A stretch of 64,000 nucleotides of DNA from Candidatus Omnitrophota bacterium (GCA_043821285.1 JBDRCZ010000058.1:18699-82698); one strand, 5' to 3'. Counted from the stretch's first letter, positions 29,695 through 39,638 are shown. Numbers and translations: made by a program. Notes: generated from the sequence alone by a model not told the origin.

Positions 29695-31139
29695 AATTGA
29701 GAGAATATTATTTCAAGCATATCTGGCGAAGTTGTCTCGCCGGTAATTTCTCCTAATATATCCAACGTTTCTTTAACATCAACCGCAGCAAGTTCTTCGG
29801 AAAAATTATCATCGATCACCTCAAGCGCCCGGGAAAGAGCGGCCTTTGCTTCCCGCAGCAGATTAGCCTGCCGAATGTTCGTAATTAATTCATCATTGTT
29901 TTGCGGGATCTGTCCATGCCAGATAAGGTGCTCAATTGCCTGTTCAATCTTTTCTAATCCGGTAAAATTTTTTGCTGAAATACGCACGAGCGATGAACCG
30001 TTGGTATGAGCGGTCAGACGCTTTTCATCTATTTTTTGTCTCAGGTCAATTTTATTTATCACAATTATTAATTTCTTATTTTTTAGAAGATTAAATATTT
30101 CCCAGTCATCCTTATGAAGCCTTTCATCTCCGGCCAAAACAAAGATTGCCAACTCGGCGATGTTTATATATTCCTTAGCCTGTGCAACACTTTCTTTTTC
30201 CAGCCAGGAAGCAGTTTCAATAATCCCGGCGGTATCAGCAATTTTAAGCGGTATCCCCCGGATATTAACCACCTCTTCAACCGCATCCCGGGTCGTTCCC
30301 GGCAAAGAAGTGACAATCATTCGATCTTTTTTTAACAAGGCATTCATTAACGAGGATTTGCCGACATTCGGACGGCCGCAGATAACCGTGCGCACGCCTT
30401 CTCTTAATGCCTGTCCACCTTCTGAATTTTTTAACAGTTGATTTATTTCTTTTAGAATATTACCCCCTCCTTTGCGCAGCATATGCCGATTTTGAATGGT
30501 TAAATCCTCATCCGGGAAATCAATCGCCGCATTAAGCTGAGCCAGCAGTTCAAGTAATTCTCGGCGGATATTGTTTATTGCCAATATCACGCGTCCTTTT
30601 AATTGATGCAGGGCAATATTCAAACACTTATCCGTTCGCGCGCGAATAACATCGAGCACGGCCTCGGCCTGGGTTAAATCTATCCTGCCGTTCATAAACG
30701 CCCGGCGGGTAAATTCACCCGGGGAGGCAATTCTGGCGCCATACGATAACACCAGCTCTAAAACTCTCCTTAGCGCGACAATCCCGCCATGACAATTTAT
30801 CTCAACCACATCTTCTTTAGTATAACTTTTCGGCGCGCGCATTACCGTGAGAATCACTTCATCAACAAAATCTGCGGGCCGGTTATTTTTCTGAACTCTG
30901 AACTCTGTTTTCTGTTTTCTGTTTTCTGTTTTCTGACCGCTGTCTTTTGAACTGTTAACGATCCATCCATAATGCGTAGTATACGTTTTATAGTGCAGAG
31001 GGGATCGCTGGTCTTTGGCGAAAAAAATCCTATCTGCGATTTGCCTGGCTTCTTTCCCGCTTATCCGCACAATCCCAATACCGCCTTCTCCCGCCGGGGT
31101 TGATATTGCCGCAATCGTATCATCTAAATTCAATTTCAT
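29679..31139 (-). CDS. mnmE: tRNA modification GTPase MnmE, with an internal low-complexity insertion
   Basis: N-terminal TrmE domain, G domain GRPNVGKSSLMNAL, C-terminal CVGK. Start placed at MKLNLDDTIAAIST so that it does not overlap folC. Confidence 0.85.
   Translation of the reverse strand: MKLNLDDTIAAISTPAGEGGIGIVRISGKEARQIADRIFFAKDQRSPLHYKTYTTHYGWIVNSSKDSGQKTENRKQKTEFRVQKNNRPADFVDEVILTVMRAPKSYTKEDVVEINCHGGIVALRRVLELVLSYGARIASPGEFTRRAFMNGRIDLTQAEAVLDVIRARTDKCLNIALHQLKGRVILAINNIRRELLELLAQLNAAIDFPDEDLTIQNRHMLRKGGGNILKEINQLLKNSEGGQALREGVRTVICGRPNVGKSSLMNALLKKDRMIVTSLPGTTRDAVEEVVNIRGIPLKIADTAGIIETASWLEKESVAQAKEYINIAELAIFVLAGDERLHKDDWEIFNLLKNKKLIIVINKIDLRQKIDEKRLTAHTNGSSLVRISAKNFTGLEKIEQAIEHLIWHGQIPQNNDELITNIRQANLLREAKAALSRALEVIDDNFSEELAAVDVKETLDILGEITGETTSPDMLEIIFSQFCVGK
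30892..30933. repeat. Heptanucleotide tandem repeat (TGAACTC x2, TGTTTTC x4) inside the mnmE coding sequence
   Basis: Read directly. Encodes QKTENRKQKTEFRV in a lineage-specific insertion between the N-terminal and helical domains. Confidence 0.7.
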
Positions 31140-31140
31140 C

Positions 31141-32487
31141 TCAAACCTCAACTCCCAAAACTTCCATTGCCTCTCCCAAGACATAACATGAGCCGGTAAT
31201 CAAAATTATATCATCACGCGCGGCAATACGTTTTGCCGCGGCGATAGATGAAGGTATGTCCATCATAACCTCCCGCCGGCCAGAATATCCATTTAGCATC
31301 TTTTTTAAATCTTCCAGGGAAAAAGCGCGGGGATTTTTTGCACTGGTGAGAATGATCTGCCCGGCAATACCGCTCAATATTTCAAGGAAACTTTTTACAT
31401 CCTTATCTTTGGACATTCCGACAATGGCAATCACTTTATTATAGACAAACACATCTCTTAATGTCTTCTTGACCGACAAAAGCGAAGCATTATTTTGTGC
31501 GGCGTCTAAAATTATATAGGGCTTTTCTCCAACCACCTGCATTCTCCCCGGCCATCTTGTATTCATTAATCCTTTTTTTATCGCCAGCGGAGAAAGAACG
31601 GTATCAAACAAACGCAGCAGTTCCACCGCACCCAGGGCCGCGGTAGCATTAACCACTTGATGATGTCCTAAAAGATGAATTTTCAATCCGCGGTAATTAT
31701 CTCTAAAAATCCCTTCGACATCGAAAAACGTCTCTTTCATATTCTGTACGACTGACCCATAAACCAGCTCTCTTCCCACTTCATATAATTTACTGTTGGT
31801 ATTTCTACAACTCTCTTGCACAACTTTTAAAACCTCTATTTGCTGCGGGGCAGTAACGACTAAGTAATTATGCTTAATAATCCCGCTTTTTTCTCTGGCA
31901 ATTTTTTCCAGACAATCACCGAGAAGTGAGGTATGATCTAAACTAATATCGGTAATAACCGCAACCTGGGCACGCACGACATTTGTCGCATCAAGCCGGC
32001 CCCCCAGTCCGGTTTCCAAAACAGCATAATCCACTCTTTTTTTTGCAAAAAACATAAATGCGATTACGGTCAAAACATCAAAGAAGCTAAATTCCCCGAT
32101 TTGCTGCTCTGTCTTAAGTTTTTCGATCTGGGGAGAAATCTCACTAATCAGCCCGGCAAACTCCTCATCTGTTATATAACTATCCTTTGTCTGCAAAGGG
32201 GTAGGAGTTGCTGCTCTTATTCTTTCTCTAAATGAAATCAGATGCGGTGAAGTATAAAGACCAACCCGATATCCGCCGGCTTTTAGAATATTATAAATAA
32301 ACGCACAGGTCGAACCTTTACCTTTTGTTCCGGCAACATGAATCAGATTAAACTTTGTCTGTGGATTTCCAATAAGCGCCAGCAGCTTTTCTACCCTTTC
32401 CAGTTTAAAGTCAGTATAAGAAAAGTCTGTCTTTTTTTCATAATCAATAAACGCATTAATATAATCAAGAGTTTGTTGATAATTCAT
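31141..32487 (-). CDS. folC: Folylpolyglutamate synthase / dihydrofolate synthase
   Basis: Mur-ligase P-loop HVAGTKGKGST. 448 aa. Confidence 0.85.
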   Translation of the reverse strand: MNYQQTLDYINAFIDYEKKTDFSYTDFKLERVEKLLALIGNPQTKFNLIHVAGTKGKGSTCAFIYNILKAGGYRVGLYTSPHLISFRERIRAATPTPLQTKDSYITDEEFAGLISEISPQIEKLKTEQQIGEFSFFDVLTVIAFMFFAKKRVDYAVLETGLGGRLDATNVVRAQVAVITDISLDHTSLLGDCLEKIAREKSGIIKHNYLVVTAPQQIEVLKVVQESCRNTNSKLYEVGRELVYGSVVQNMKETFFDVEGIFRDNYRGLKIHLLGHHQVVNATAALGAVELLRLFDTVLSPLAIKKGLMNTRWPGRMQVVGEKPYIILDAAQNNASLLSVKKTLRDVFVYNKVIAIVGMSKDKDVKSFLEILSGIAGQIILTSAKNPRAFSLEDLKKMLNGYSGRREVMMDIPSSIAAAKRIAARDDIILITGSCYVLGEAMEVLGVEV

Positions 32488-32763
32488 ATCCTAATGAATC
32501 TTCCCCGCAGCAAGCGGCGGGGCATCTTCATACACGGAAAATGTAACCATTTTCCGGTCACCCGCCTAGGCAAACTTTTATCTTTCACAAGGCGCTAGCG
32601 GATCTTCGACAATTTCGCAAAAAACAAAAACATGCTACCCCGCAGAAACTACCGGGAATAATCACGTTTATTTTTAAATTTTTTTCTATCCTCTGCATAC
32701 AACATACGATTCTCTGTATCTGCGATCATCTGTATTTTTACATCTGTGGTCATCTGCGTATCA

Positions 32764-34329
32764 TTAGTGCCGAAAATGCCTTGTTGATGTAAAGACCATA
32801 CAAATCCCGGCCGCATTTACCACGCGGACTACCTCATCATCACGCACCGAGCCACCCGGCTGAATAATACAAGACACCCCCGCCTTGATTGCCGTTTCTA
32901 CGCCATCAGCTTTAGGAAAAAATGCATCACTGGCAAGCACGGAATTCTTAGCATTAATCCCGGCTTTGCGCACCGCGATAATTACCGCATCAATTCTACT
33001 CATCTGTCCTGCACCAATACCCACGGTACGCCGGCCCTGGGCAAGAACGATCGCATTCGATTTGACATGCTTACATATCTTCCAGGCAAACATCATCGAC
33101 TGGAGCTGTTCCTCCGTCGGGCTGCGTTTTGAGACATATTTCAGGTCATTTATCATGATTGTTTTTAAGTCCCGCGACTGCACCAGCATTCCCCCAACAA
33201 CTTTTTTTATATCTAACTCTGATTCATCACGATTTGCTGTAAGCCGTGGCAGTTCTAAAATTCTTAAATTTTTCTTCTGTTTAAGCAATATGAGCGCCTT
33301 TTCCTCATAACCCGGGGCAATAACACATTCGATAAATTCTGCCAGCATTACTTCTCTTGCCGTCTCCGTATCAACGGCACGATTAAAAGCAACAATACTG
33401 CCAAAGGCCGAAAGGCGGTCGCATTCCAATGCATCAGAAAAGGCCTGTGCCAAAGCAGCGGCAGAAGCCGCGCCGCAGGGGTTATTATGTTTTATGATAC
33501 TTACTGTTGGCAGATCAAAATCTTTCACAATTTCAAGGGCCGCATTTAAATCAAGGATATTATTAAACGAAAGTTCCCTACCGTGAAGCTGTGTCGCGGT
33601 GGCCAGGCAAGGTTCCCCCACCGCCGCTTGTTTATAAAATGCCGCTTTTTGATGAGCGTTTTCTCCATAGCGCAATTCCTGCACTTTAGACAAACTAATA
33701 TTAAAAGATGGCGGAAAAATTCCTTTTTGCTGCTCGCCTGAAATAGAGCTTAAGTATCGGCTTATGGCCTGATCATAAGTTGAGGTGTGTTCAAACACTT
33801 CCCTGGCAAGAAAAAATTTCGTCTTTGCAGATAAACTGCAATCATTCCCTTTTAACTCTTTGATTATTTCCTGATAACGCACGGGATTACAGATAACCGC
33901 GACACTCTGATAATTTTTAGCTGCCGAGCGAAGCATTGCCGGCCCGCCAATATCAATATTCTCAACAGCTTCCTCAAGGGTAACGTTCGGTTTTTTTATT
34001 GTTTGCTCGAAAGGGTAGAGATTAACCACCACCAGGTCAATTAATTCAATTCGCAGCTCTTCCACCTGCTGCATATGCACCTTATCTTCCCTACGGGCTA
34101 ACAATGCCGCATGAATTTTTGGATGCAGGGTTTTTACCCGGCCATTCAATATTTCTTTAAATCCGGTATAATCAGACACCAGCCGGACATTGATATTTAA
34201 ACTTTTTATCAACTTTGCCGTACCGCCGGTAGAAAGCATCTCGACGCCCAATTTATCCAGCTCACGAACAAACTCTTCCAGTCCGGTTTTATCCGAGACA
34301 CTTATCAAAGCTCGTTTAATTTTAGCCAT
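32764..34329 (-). CDS. purH: Bifunctional AICAR transformylase / IMP cyclohydrolase
   Basis: MAKIKRALISVSDKTGL MGS-like N-terminus and an AICARFT C-terminal domain. 521 aa. Confidence 0.9.
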   Translation of the reverse strand: MAKIKRALISVSDKTGLEEFVRELDKLGVEMLSTGGTAKLIKSLNINVRLVSDYTGFKEILNGRVKTLHPKIHAALLARREDKVHMQQVEELRIELIDLVVVNLYPFEQTIKKPNVTLEEAVENIDIGGPAMLRSAAKNYQSVAVICNPVRYQEIIKELKGNDCSLSAKTKFFLAREVFEHTSTYDQAISRYLSSISGEQQKGIFPPSFNISLSKVQELRYGENAHQKAAFYKQAAVGEPCLATATQLHGRELSFNNILDLNAALEIVKDFDLPTVSIIKHNNPCGAASAAALAQAFSDALECDRLSAFGSIVAFNRAVDTETAREVMLAEFIECVIAPGYEEKALILLKQKKNLRILELPRLTANRDESELDIKKVVGGMLVQSRDLKTIMINDLKYVSKRSPTEEQLQSMMFAWKICKHVKSNAIVLAQGRRTVGIGAGQMSRIDAVIIAVRKAGINAKNSVLASDAFFPKADGVETAIKAGVSCIIQPGGSVRDDEVVRVVNAAGICMVFTSTRHFRH

Positions 34330-34350
34330 AAGTATAAACTCTCCTTTCTA

Positions 34351-34432
34351 TTTGACATTTGTCATTCTTTAGGCTATCCTCTTTCTTTTTGACATTTGTC
34401 ATTTGACATTTGTCATTCTTTAGGCTATCCTC
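34351..34432. promoter_or_regulatory. Three copies of the palindrome TGACA-TT-TGTCA (two as a 31-bp direct repeat TTTGACATTTGTCATTCTTTAGGCTATCCTC) between the BFN stop and the purH start
   Basis: Copies at 34352-34365, 34388-34401 and 34402-34415. The last overlaps the BFN stop codon. Confidence 0.5.
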
Positions 34433-34832
34433 CAAGCAGATGTATCTTTTCAAGCACTTCATCATTGACATATACCGGAGTGCCGGTACGCACGGATAAG
34501 GCAATGGCATCACTAGGACGGCAATCAATTTTTTTAGATACACTCCCGGAATTTACTAAAACCAATTTTGCATAAAAAGTACCTTCCTGTAATCCATCAA
34601 TTATCACTTTTTCCAATTTAAAACCAAGCCCTTCAATTAAATTTTTTAATAGATCGTGGGTTAAAGGCCGCGGGGGGAGGATTTTATTGATTTTCATTTT
34701 TATTGCCGCGGCTTCCGCCAAACCAATCACAATGGGCAATTCCCTTTTCTTGCCATTTTTTTCCTTCAAAACAATAATCTGCTCATCTCTCTTCTCATGT
34801 AATATTATCCTCGATAGCTTCATCTCTACCAT
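34425..34832 (-). CDS. Bifunctional nuclease (BFN/DUF151) family protein
   Basis: RPLTHDLL and DCRPSDAIALSVR motifs. 135 aa. Confidence 0.7.
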   Translation of the reverse strand: MVEMKLSRIILHEKRDEQIIVLKEKNGKKRELPIVIGLAEAAAIKMKINKILPPRPLTHDLLKNLIEGLGFKLEKVIIDGLQEGTFYAKLVLVNSGSVSKKIDCRPSDAIALSVRTGTPVYVNDEVLEKIHLLGG

Positions 34833-35083
34833 AACCAGTCTCCTAACGCCTCATTAGGTTTTGTCAAAAACTTTCGTATTTTTTAAGTACCCATACACAG
34901 ATTACAAACAATCACAGATTACAAGCAATCACAGCTTTTTACAGATTATTATTTTTTTAGCCGTGTCCAATTCGTGAAAATCTGTGGCGTTATGTCTTTC
35001 TTTTTTAATATTAACTATCTGCTTGATCCGTGCCATCCGTGGTTCTATGGTTTCATTTCTGCGCACTCATAACACTTTTGACA

Positions 35084-35689
35084 CTACACTCCCATAGAAC
35101 TAAGCAGTTTAGTGACCATTGCATCCTCGATAAAAAACGAAATTGTTCCCAGCAATGTTTTCTGCAAATCAGATAAAATAAAATCCGTTTCGATACCCAA
35201 AATCTCATTTTCTCCCAGGTATTTCTTTACAAATTCAAATAGCGAGACCTCTGTCACCATACTTATTGCGGCAGCATCCTGCAAAGCATAACTTACTCCT
35301 AACATTCTTGAAAGGGCATTACTATAGGCAAAAGCAAGCATCACGGCAAATTCTTTAAAAATTGACAATTTATCTTCATTGGTCAATATTTTTTTCTCTA
35401 ACTGGTCTATGCGCACGAAATTAGTATTAAAGATCATCGAACATTCTGGGGTAAAAAACAGTAACGTATGCGCTTTGAACTGACCCTCAATATGCACGTG
35501 TGAGGTCATAAATATCTCCCGGTTTTTTTCCACCGGGTCAGGTAATTGTTTTGGATAACGTTTTATTTTCGGCAAAGATACATCCACGGTATTATTGAGC
35601 AGTTCACTGACCAAAGTTGCCGTATTGCCAATACCAATATTACCTAATTCTTTAAGCGCCGAAAGCTGGATCTCAGTTAACTTTTGCAT
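35084..35689 (-). CDS. CheC/CheX-like chemotaxis phosphatase family protein
   Basis: SALKELGNIGIGNTATLVSELL matches the CheC (E/D)xxNIGxGxAAtAL signature. 201 aa. Confidence 0.55.
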   Translation of the reverse strand: MQKLTEIQLSALKELGNIGIGNTATLVSELLNNTVDVSLPKIKRYPKQLPDPVEKNREIFMTSHVHIEGQFKAHTLLFFTPECSMIFNTNFVRIDQLEKKILTNEDKLSIFKEFAVMLAFAYSNALSRMLGVSYALQDAAAISMVTEVSLFEFVKKYLGENEILGIETDFILSDLQKTLLGTISFFIEDAMVTKLLSSMGV

Positions 35690-36086
35690 TAACCCTTTTA
35701 TTTTTTCTCCCTTTTATTTTATTTAATATTTTTTTAAAACGGACATCCTGTTTAATGTTATCTAAATCTTTATCTCTTAACATATATTCATAATCCCGAT
35801 AACCCAGTTTTACGGCTTTTCCCAACGTTTCGATTGCTAAATCGTAAGATTTTGTTAACGCATAGCTACAGGCTAAATTATACCAGACTACCGGGTCATG
35901 CGGCCGAAGGGTTGTCAGTTTTAAATCTATGTTCAATCCTTGATCATACATCCCGCAACGCGTATAATTCTCTGCCAAAGGAAACAATGCCTCAATAAAA
36001 TCATCTTTATCTTTAATTAAATTTTTAAAAAATTCGATTTCAAAATTCAACTGCCCGTATTTAGCTTTTTTATTTGCTTTCATCAT
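35673..36086 (-). CDS. TPR-repeat protein
   Basis: Tetratricopeptide-like helix pairs (WYNLACSYALTKSYDLAIETLGKAVKLG). 137 aa. Confidence 0.55.
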   Translation of the reverse strand: MMKANKKAKYGQLNFEIEFFKNLIKDKDDFIEALFPLAENYTRCGMYDQGLNIDLKLTTLRPHDPVVWYNLACSYALTKSYDLAIETLGKAVKLGYRDYEYMLRDKDLDNIKQDVRFKKILNKIKGRKNKRVNAKVN

Positions 36087-36221
36087 CGAGGATTTTTACG
36101 ATTTTGACAACCCGTTTTGAAAAGCTCTGGGCTGCCGCTTTCAAAATGAATCTCCCCCTCCGCCGGCGGGGGGTATTTTCACCCCGGAAAACACAACGCA
36201 TTTTCCGACACAAGGAAGCCA

Positions 36222-36262
36222 ATTTTTTATCCATTTGAAAACCGCAGGTTTTCAAACTTTAA
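36222..36262 (+). repeat. Intergenic mosaic repeat family, copy C (partial; contains the near-perfect inverted repeat TTTGAAAACC-GCA-GGTTTTCAAA)
   Basis: AATTTTTTATCCATTTGAAAACCGCAGGTTTTCAAACTTT. Confidence 0.55.
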
Positions 36263-36397
36263 ATAACCCGCCATACCTTTTGGCGGAGAATTTAATCCCG
36301 TCCTGCGGCAGACAAGCCTGTCCGCCAATTCCACCAAAATACTGGCGGACATTAAGCTTATTCTTTCCCTAAACACTGTCACCCTGCAACAAAACCG

Positions 36398-36583
36398 CTA
36401 TGTAATTTTAATTGCATCTACCGGACAATCATCGGCTGCTTTCTTGGCACAATCTTCCTGTTCAGACGGTACCGGGTCAATCAATACTTTAGCCTTATCA
36501 TCATCCATCTCATATACAGCTGAACACGTATCCGCACAAAGACCGCAGCCAATACAATCATCTGCAATAACTGTAACTTTCAC
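36398..36583 (-). CDS. Ferredoxin (single [4Fe-4S] cluster)
   Basis: CIGCGLCADTC ... CPVDAI. 61 aa. Confidence 0.8.
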   Translation of the reverse strand: MKVTVIADDCIGCGLCADTCSAVYEMDDDKAKVLIDPVPSEQEDCAKKAADDCPVDAIKIT

Positions 36584-36650
36584 CTTGCTATCCCCTCCTT
36601 AAAATGCGCACGTAACTTATAGAATGCAGTGAAGATAAGTTACTATGCAA

Positions 36651-36712
36651 AATAAAAAAATTCCTTCGGAATCTTTTTATCCATTTGAAAACCGTAGGTT
36701 TTTAAACTTTCC
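36651..36712 (+). repeat. Intergenic mosaic repeat family, copy D (full: hairpin AAAAAATTCC-TTC-GGAATCTTTTT, ATCCATTT box, TTTGAAAACC-GTA-GGTTTTTAAA, CTTTCCCTCC)
   Basis: Read directly. Followed by the shared GGGAATAATTAAGTTTAATCC module at about 36745. Confidence 0.65.
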
Positions 36713-36913
36713 CTCCAAAAGATCACCCTCTATCAAGCTATAGGGAATAATTAAGTTTAATCCGCCAGCCCGCCACAACGCTTCGTGCGGGTCTTCTATT
36801 TATGAGGCAGATATTAAACAATACTGTTGTATTTTATAAATATCAGACACGGAGTATATTATTTTACCTTTTATCATTACTTTTATCAACAATTTCTTTG
36901 CAAGTTTATATTT

Positions 36914-37624
36914 TTAAACCGAAAGTCTTCCGGCGATAAAAAGGAAATATTCTCCTGTTGAAATCATTATAAATCCAAATATTTTTTTTATTTTAACCAT
37001 CCACCGGCCGGCCTTAGGGAGACTAAAGAGAAAACCGGCAAAAGTTCCTGCAATAAGTAAAATCATCCCTAGTCCCAGGGCAAATGTAAACAGTAGTGAA
37101 ATGCCAAAAATAACATTTTGTTTTGCGGCGACAAAAGTTAAAATCACCGCCAATACCGGCGCAGTACATGGACCAAGAACAAGTCCTGATGCCGCACCAA
37201 TGAAAAATGCTCCAAGGGGGCCTGGCATTTTTCTTGCCGCTCCCGGTTCTTTCAAAAATGCCGGCAGCGGCAGTTCATACACCTCGAGCATCGAAAGCCC
37301 AAGCAATATACAAACATTCGCCACAATAAAATAAGTAATTGGATTTGCCTGTCCCCGGCCAAATAATTTACCGCTCAATGCGGCCACCGCACCAAGCACA
37401 GAATAAGTTACGGCCGTACCGAGCACATAAAACACACTGAGTAAAAACCCCCGCATACGCGAACCCGCGCTCTCTGCACCAATATAGCTGACCGTAATCG
37501 GCAGGATCGGGTAGATACAGGGGGTAAAACTGGTAAAAACACCGGCAACAAACACAACCAAATAAGCAAGCAAACTCGCGGAGTTTAGATAAAACTCTAA
37601 GTTACCGGTCAAATTTTCAATCAT
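36914..37624 (-). CDS. ccdA: Cytochrome c-type biogenesis / thiol-disulfide transporter CcdA (DsbD transmembrane domain)
   Basis: Six or more transmembrane segments with paired Cys motifs SFTPCIYP and VLGPCTAPVL. Translationally coupled (ATGA) to the thioredoxin gene. Confidence 0.7.
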   Translation of the reverse strand: MIENLTGNLEFYLNSASLLAYLVVFVAGVFTSFTPCIYPILPITVSYIGAESAGSRMRGFLLSVFYVLGTAVTYSVLGAVAALSGKLFGRGQANPITYFIVANVCILLGLSMLEVYELPLPAFLKEPGAARKMPGPLGAFFIGAASGLVLGPCTAPVLAVILTFVAAKQNVIFGISLLFTFALGLGMILLIAGTFAGFLFSLPKAGRWMVKIKKIFGFIMISTGEYFLFIAGRLSV

Positions 37625-37944
37625 ACAAACTCCCGTACTTCCTTGGCCAATTGTTCTTTCGGCTGAAATCCGCTGCTTTGCTTTACAACACTGCCCTGCT
37701 TAAAAATCATAATTGTCGGAACGCTCATAATCCCGAATTTTGCTGCCAGCTCCGGACTTTCTTCGACATTAACTTTACCCACTTTTACATCATCCCCCAG
37801 AGAAACAGCCAGTTCTTCAATAACCGGCGCCATGCGTTTACACGGTGCACACCACTCGGCAAAAAAATCAACCAGCACTGGTTTATCTGATCCGAGCACT
37901 TCCGTTTGAAAATTGTGATCATTTATTTGAAAGACACCAGCCAT
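37621..37944 (-). CDS. Thioredoxin
   Basis: WCAPCK active site. 107 aa. Confidence 0.85.
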   Translation of the reverse strand: MAGVFQINDHNFQTEVLGSDKPVLVDFFAEWCAPCKRMAPVIEELAVSLGDDVKVGKVNVEESPELAAKFGIMSVPTIMIFKQGSVVKQSSGFQPKEQLAKEVREFV

Positions 37945-38232
37945 AATCCCAACCCTCCTTTAAGTTACCGACATCGTGTGGTTTTTCATAATTTCTGTAA
38001 CGATTATCTACGACATAATGAAATTCCAAAATTCAAATGACAAAATCCAAATGAATCCTCAAATATTTTAATCATAAAAGAAAAAAAATAAACCATTGAT
38101 GTTTTTTATTTGCCTGCCCGCCGTGATTTTTGGCGGGTCATTTTTTTGTTAAACGATTCATTTGCTTGTCCGCCAACGCCTTGTGGCGGAACATTTGTCA
38201 TTTCTAATACACGTGCCTCTCTCATCTACCTA

Positions 38233-38922
38233 TTAGTACGCCCGGTGTCTATTTTTTCTTACAAACAAAACACCCAAAACTATCCCGCTGGCAAATCCTC
38301 CGATATGTGCCCACCAGGCAATACCGCCTTTCATTAATGCTGCATAAGGCAAGGATACCAGCCCGTTTAAAAACTGCATAATAAACCATACTCCCAAAAA
38401 GAATACTGCCGGGACCTCGATAATTTGCCAAAAGAAAAAAATCGGAATCAAGGTAACTACCCGCGCACCGGGGAAAAATAAAAAGTAAGCACCAAGCACT
38501 GCTGCAATCGCACCGCTGGCACCCATACTTGGAATTTGCGAACCAGCATTTGAAATAACCTGGGCAATATTACCACATCCACCGCAGAGCAAGTAAAAAA
38601 TCACGAATCTAACATGCCCCATTGAATCCTCAACATTATCCCCAAATATCCAAAGATACCACATATTACTTATAAGATGCATCCATGATCCATGTAAAAA
38701 TATTGAGGTAAAAAGTGTTTTACCGGCAACAATACAACCAAACCACCCCTCATTAATACAAGCGGTTAAGGTACTGGGAACAAGGGCAAATTGTTCAATA
38801 AAATTACCCAAATTTCTACCTAAGGACACCTCATAGACAAAAATTAAGCTGTTTGCAGCAATTATGCTTAATGTAACAAACGGGAAAGTTTTCGAACAAG
38901 TATTATCTCGTAATGGGAACAT
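38233..38922 (-). CDS. Rhomboid-family intramembrane serine protease
   Basis: GASGAIAAVLGAY (GxSG) and a downstream His in transmembrane segments. 229 aa. Confidence 0.75.
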   Translation of the reverse strand: MFPLRDNTCSKTFPFVTLSIIAANSLIFVYEVSLGRNLGNFIEQFALVPSTLTACINEGWFGCIVAGKTLFTSIFLHGSWMHLISNMWYLWIFGDNVEDSMGHVRFVIFYLLCGGCGNIAQVISNAGSQIPSMGASGAIAAVLGAYFLFFPGARVVTLIPIFFFWQIIEVPAVFFLGVWFIMQFLNGLVSLPYAALMKGGIAWWAHIGGFASGIVLGVLFVRKNRHRAY

Positions 38923-38940
38923 CTTTTGTTACAATCTCAC

Positions 38941-39006
38941 AATAAAAAAATTCCTTCGGGATCTTTTTATCCATTTAAAAACCTACGGTTTTCAAACTTT
39001 CCCTTC
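38941..39006 (+). repeat. Intergenic mosaic repeat family, copy E
   Basis: AAAAAATTCCTTCGGGATCTTTTTATCCATTTAAAAACCTACGGTTTTCAAACTTTCCCTTC. Confidence 0.65.
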
Positions 39007-39565
39007 TAAATCTATCCAGGGAATAAACCCACTGTGAATTACCAAGGAAAATATTTTAACAAAATATAAAAACTAATTCAAGCAAAATCTGCAAATTTTC
39101 CTGTTTTTTTTGCAAAAAATTCATAACCCTTTATTTCATAGATAGTTATATAAAAATTGTCGGTTTACGTGAGTTTTCGTGTTTTAGTTGGTTTTTTGTT
39201 TTTCAACGAAAATTTTTATTTAGACAAAACCAGTTTCCTGATAGTTGATAAATTTATATTATAGAAAAGAATAAAAAGATATTCTTCGTATCTTGCGTAA
39301 CGTATAACTTGAACATTAACGTTATGCAACGTATAATAAAATTTTTTATAAAATATCTTGAAAATTCATAACATATGTGCTATACTTAGATTATTCTATT
39401 TTTTACTACCTTAAAAACAAAAACATGTTACCCTCTATTAAGTTAGCGGGAATAATCAAGTTTAACCTCAAGATGGATAAATTTCCCCGCCATGTTTTTT
39501 GGCGGGTCATCTAAGGATAAGCTTAATATCCCCCCAGTTTTCTAACGAAAACAAGACCGGGGGAT

Positions 39566-39638
39566 AAATTTGCAGACGGACGTTGTCCTACAATTTACGA
39601 AATTAACACTTCGTAAATTGTCTGTTCATTTAAGGATT
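39566..39638 (+). promoter_or_regulatory. Conserved structured leader element, copy 3, immediately 5' of the HD-GYP gene (ends with AAGGA ribosome-binding site; TTG start 10 nt downstream)
   Basis: AAATTTGCAGACGGACGTTGTCCTACAATTTACGAAATTAACACTTCGTAAATTGTCTGTTCATTTAAGGA is the reverse complement of the 24004-24087 unit. Compensatory changes in the stem (TTAACAC / GTGTTAA versus GTTAAC) preserve pairing. Confidence 0.55.

Noticed and set aside
34322-34543. 73-aa minus-strand ORF overlapping the BFN 3' end and the purH operator repeats
   Set aside because: It is an alternative frame over repeat DNA. The BFN and purH calls explain the region.
36070-36255. 61-aa minus-strand ORF (Arg-rich)
   Set aside because: It overlaps copy C of the intergenic repeat and a G-rich hairpin, so it is likely a chance ORF.
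36651-36675. Calling the AAAAAATTCC-TTC-GGAATCTTTTT hairpins plain intrinsic terminators
   Set aside because: They read as hairpin plus U-tract on both strands and always sit 20-70 nt 5' of a gene start, together with a conserved inverted-repeat box. A pure terminator role is possible but does not explain the co-conserved flanking modules.
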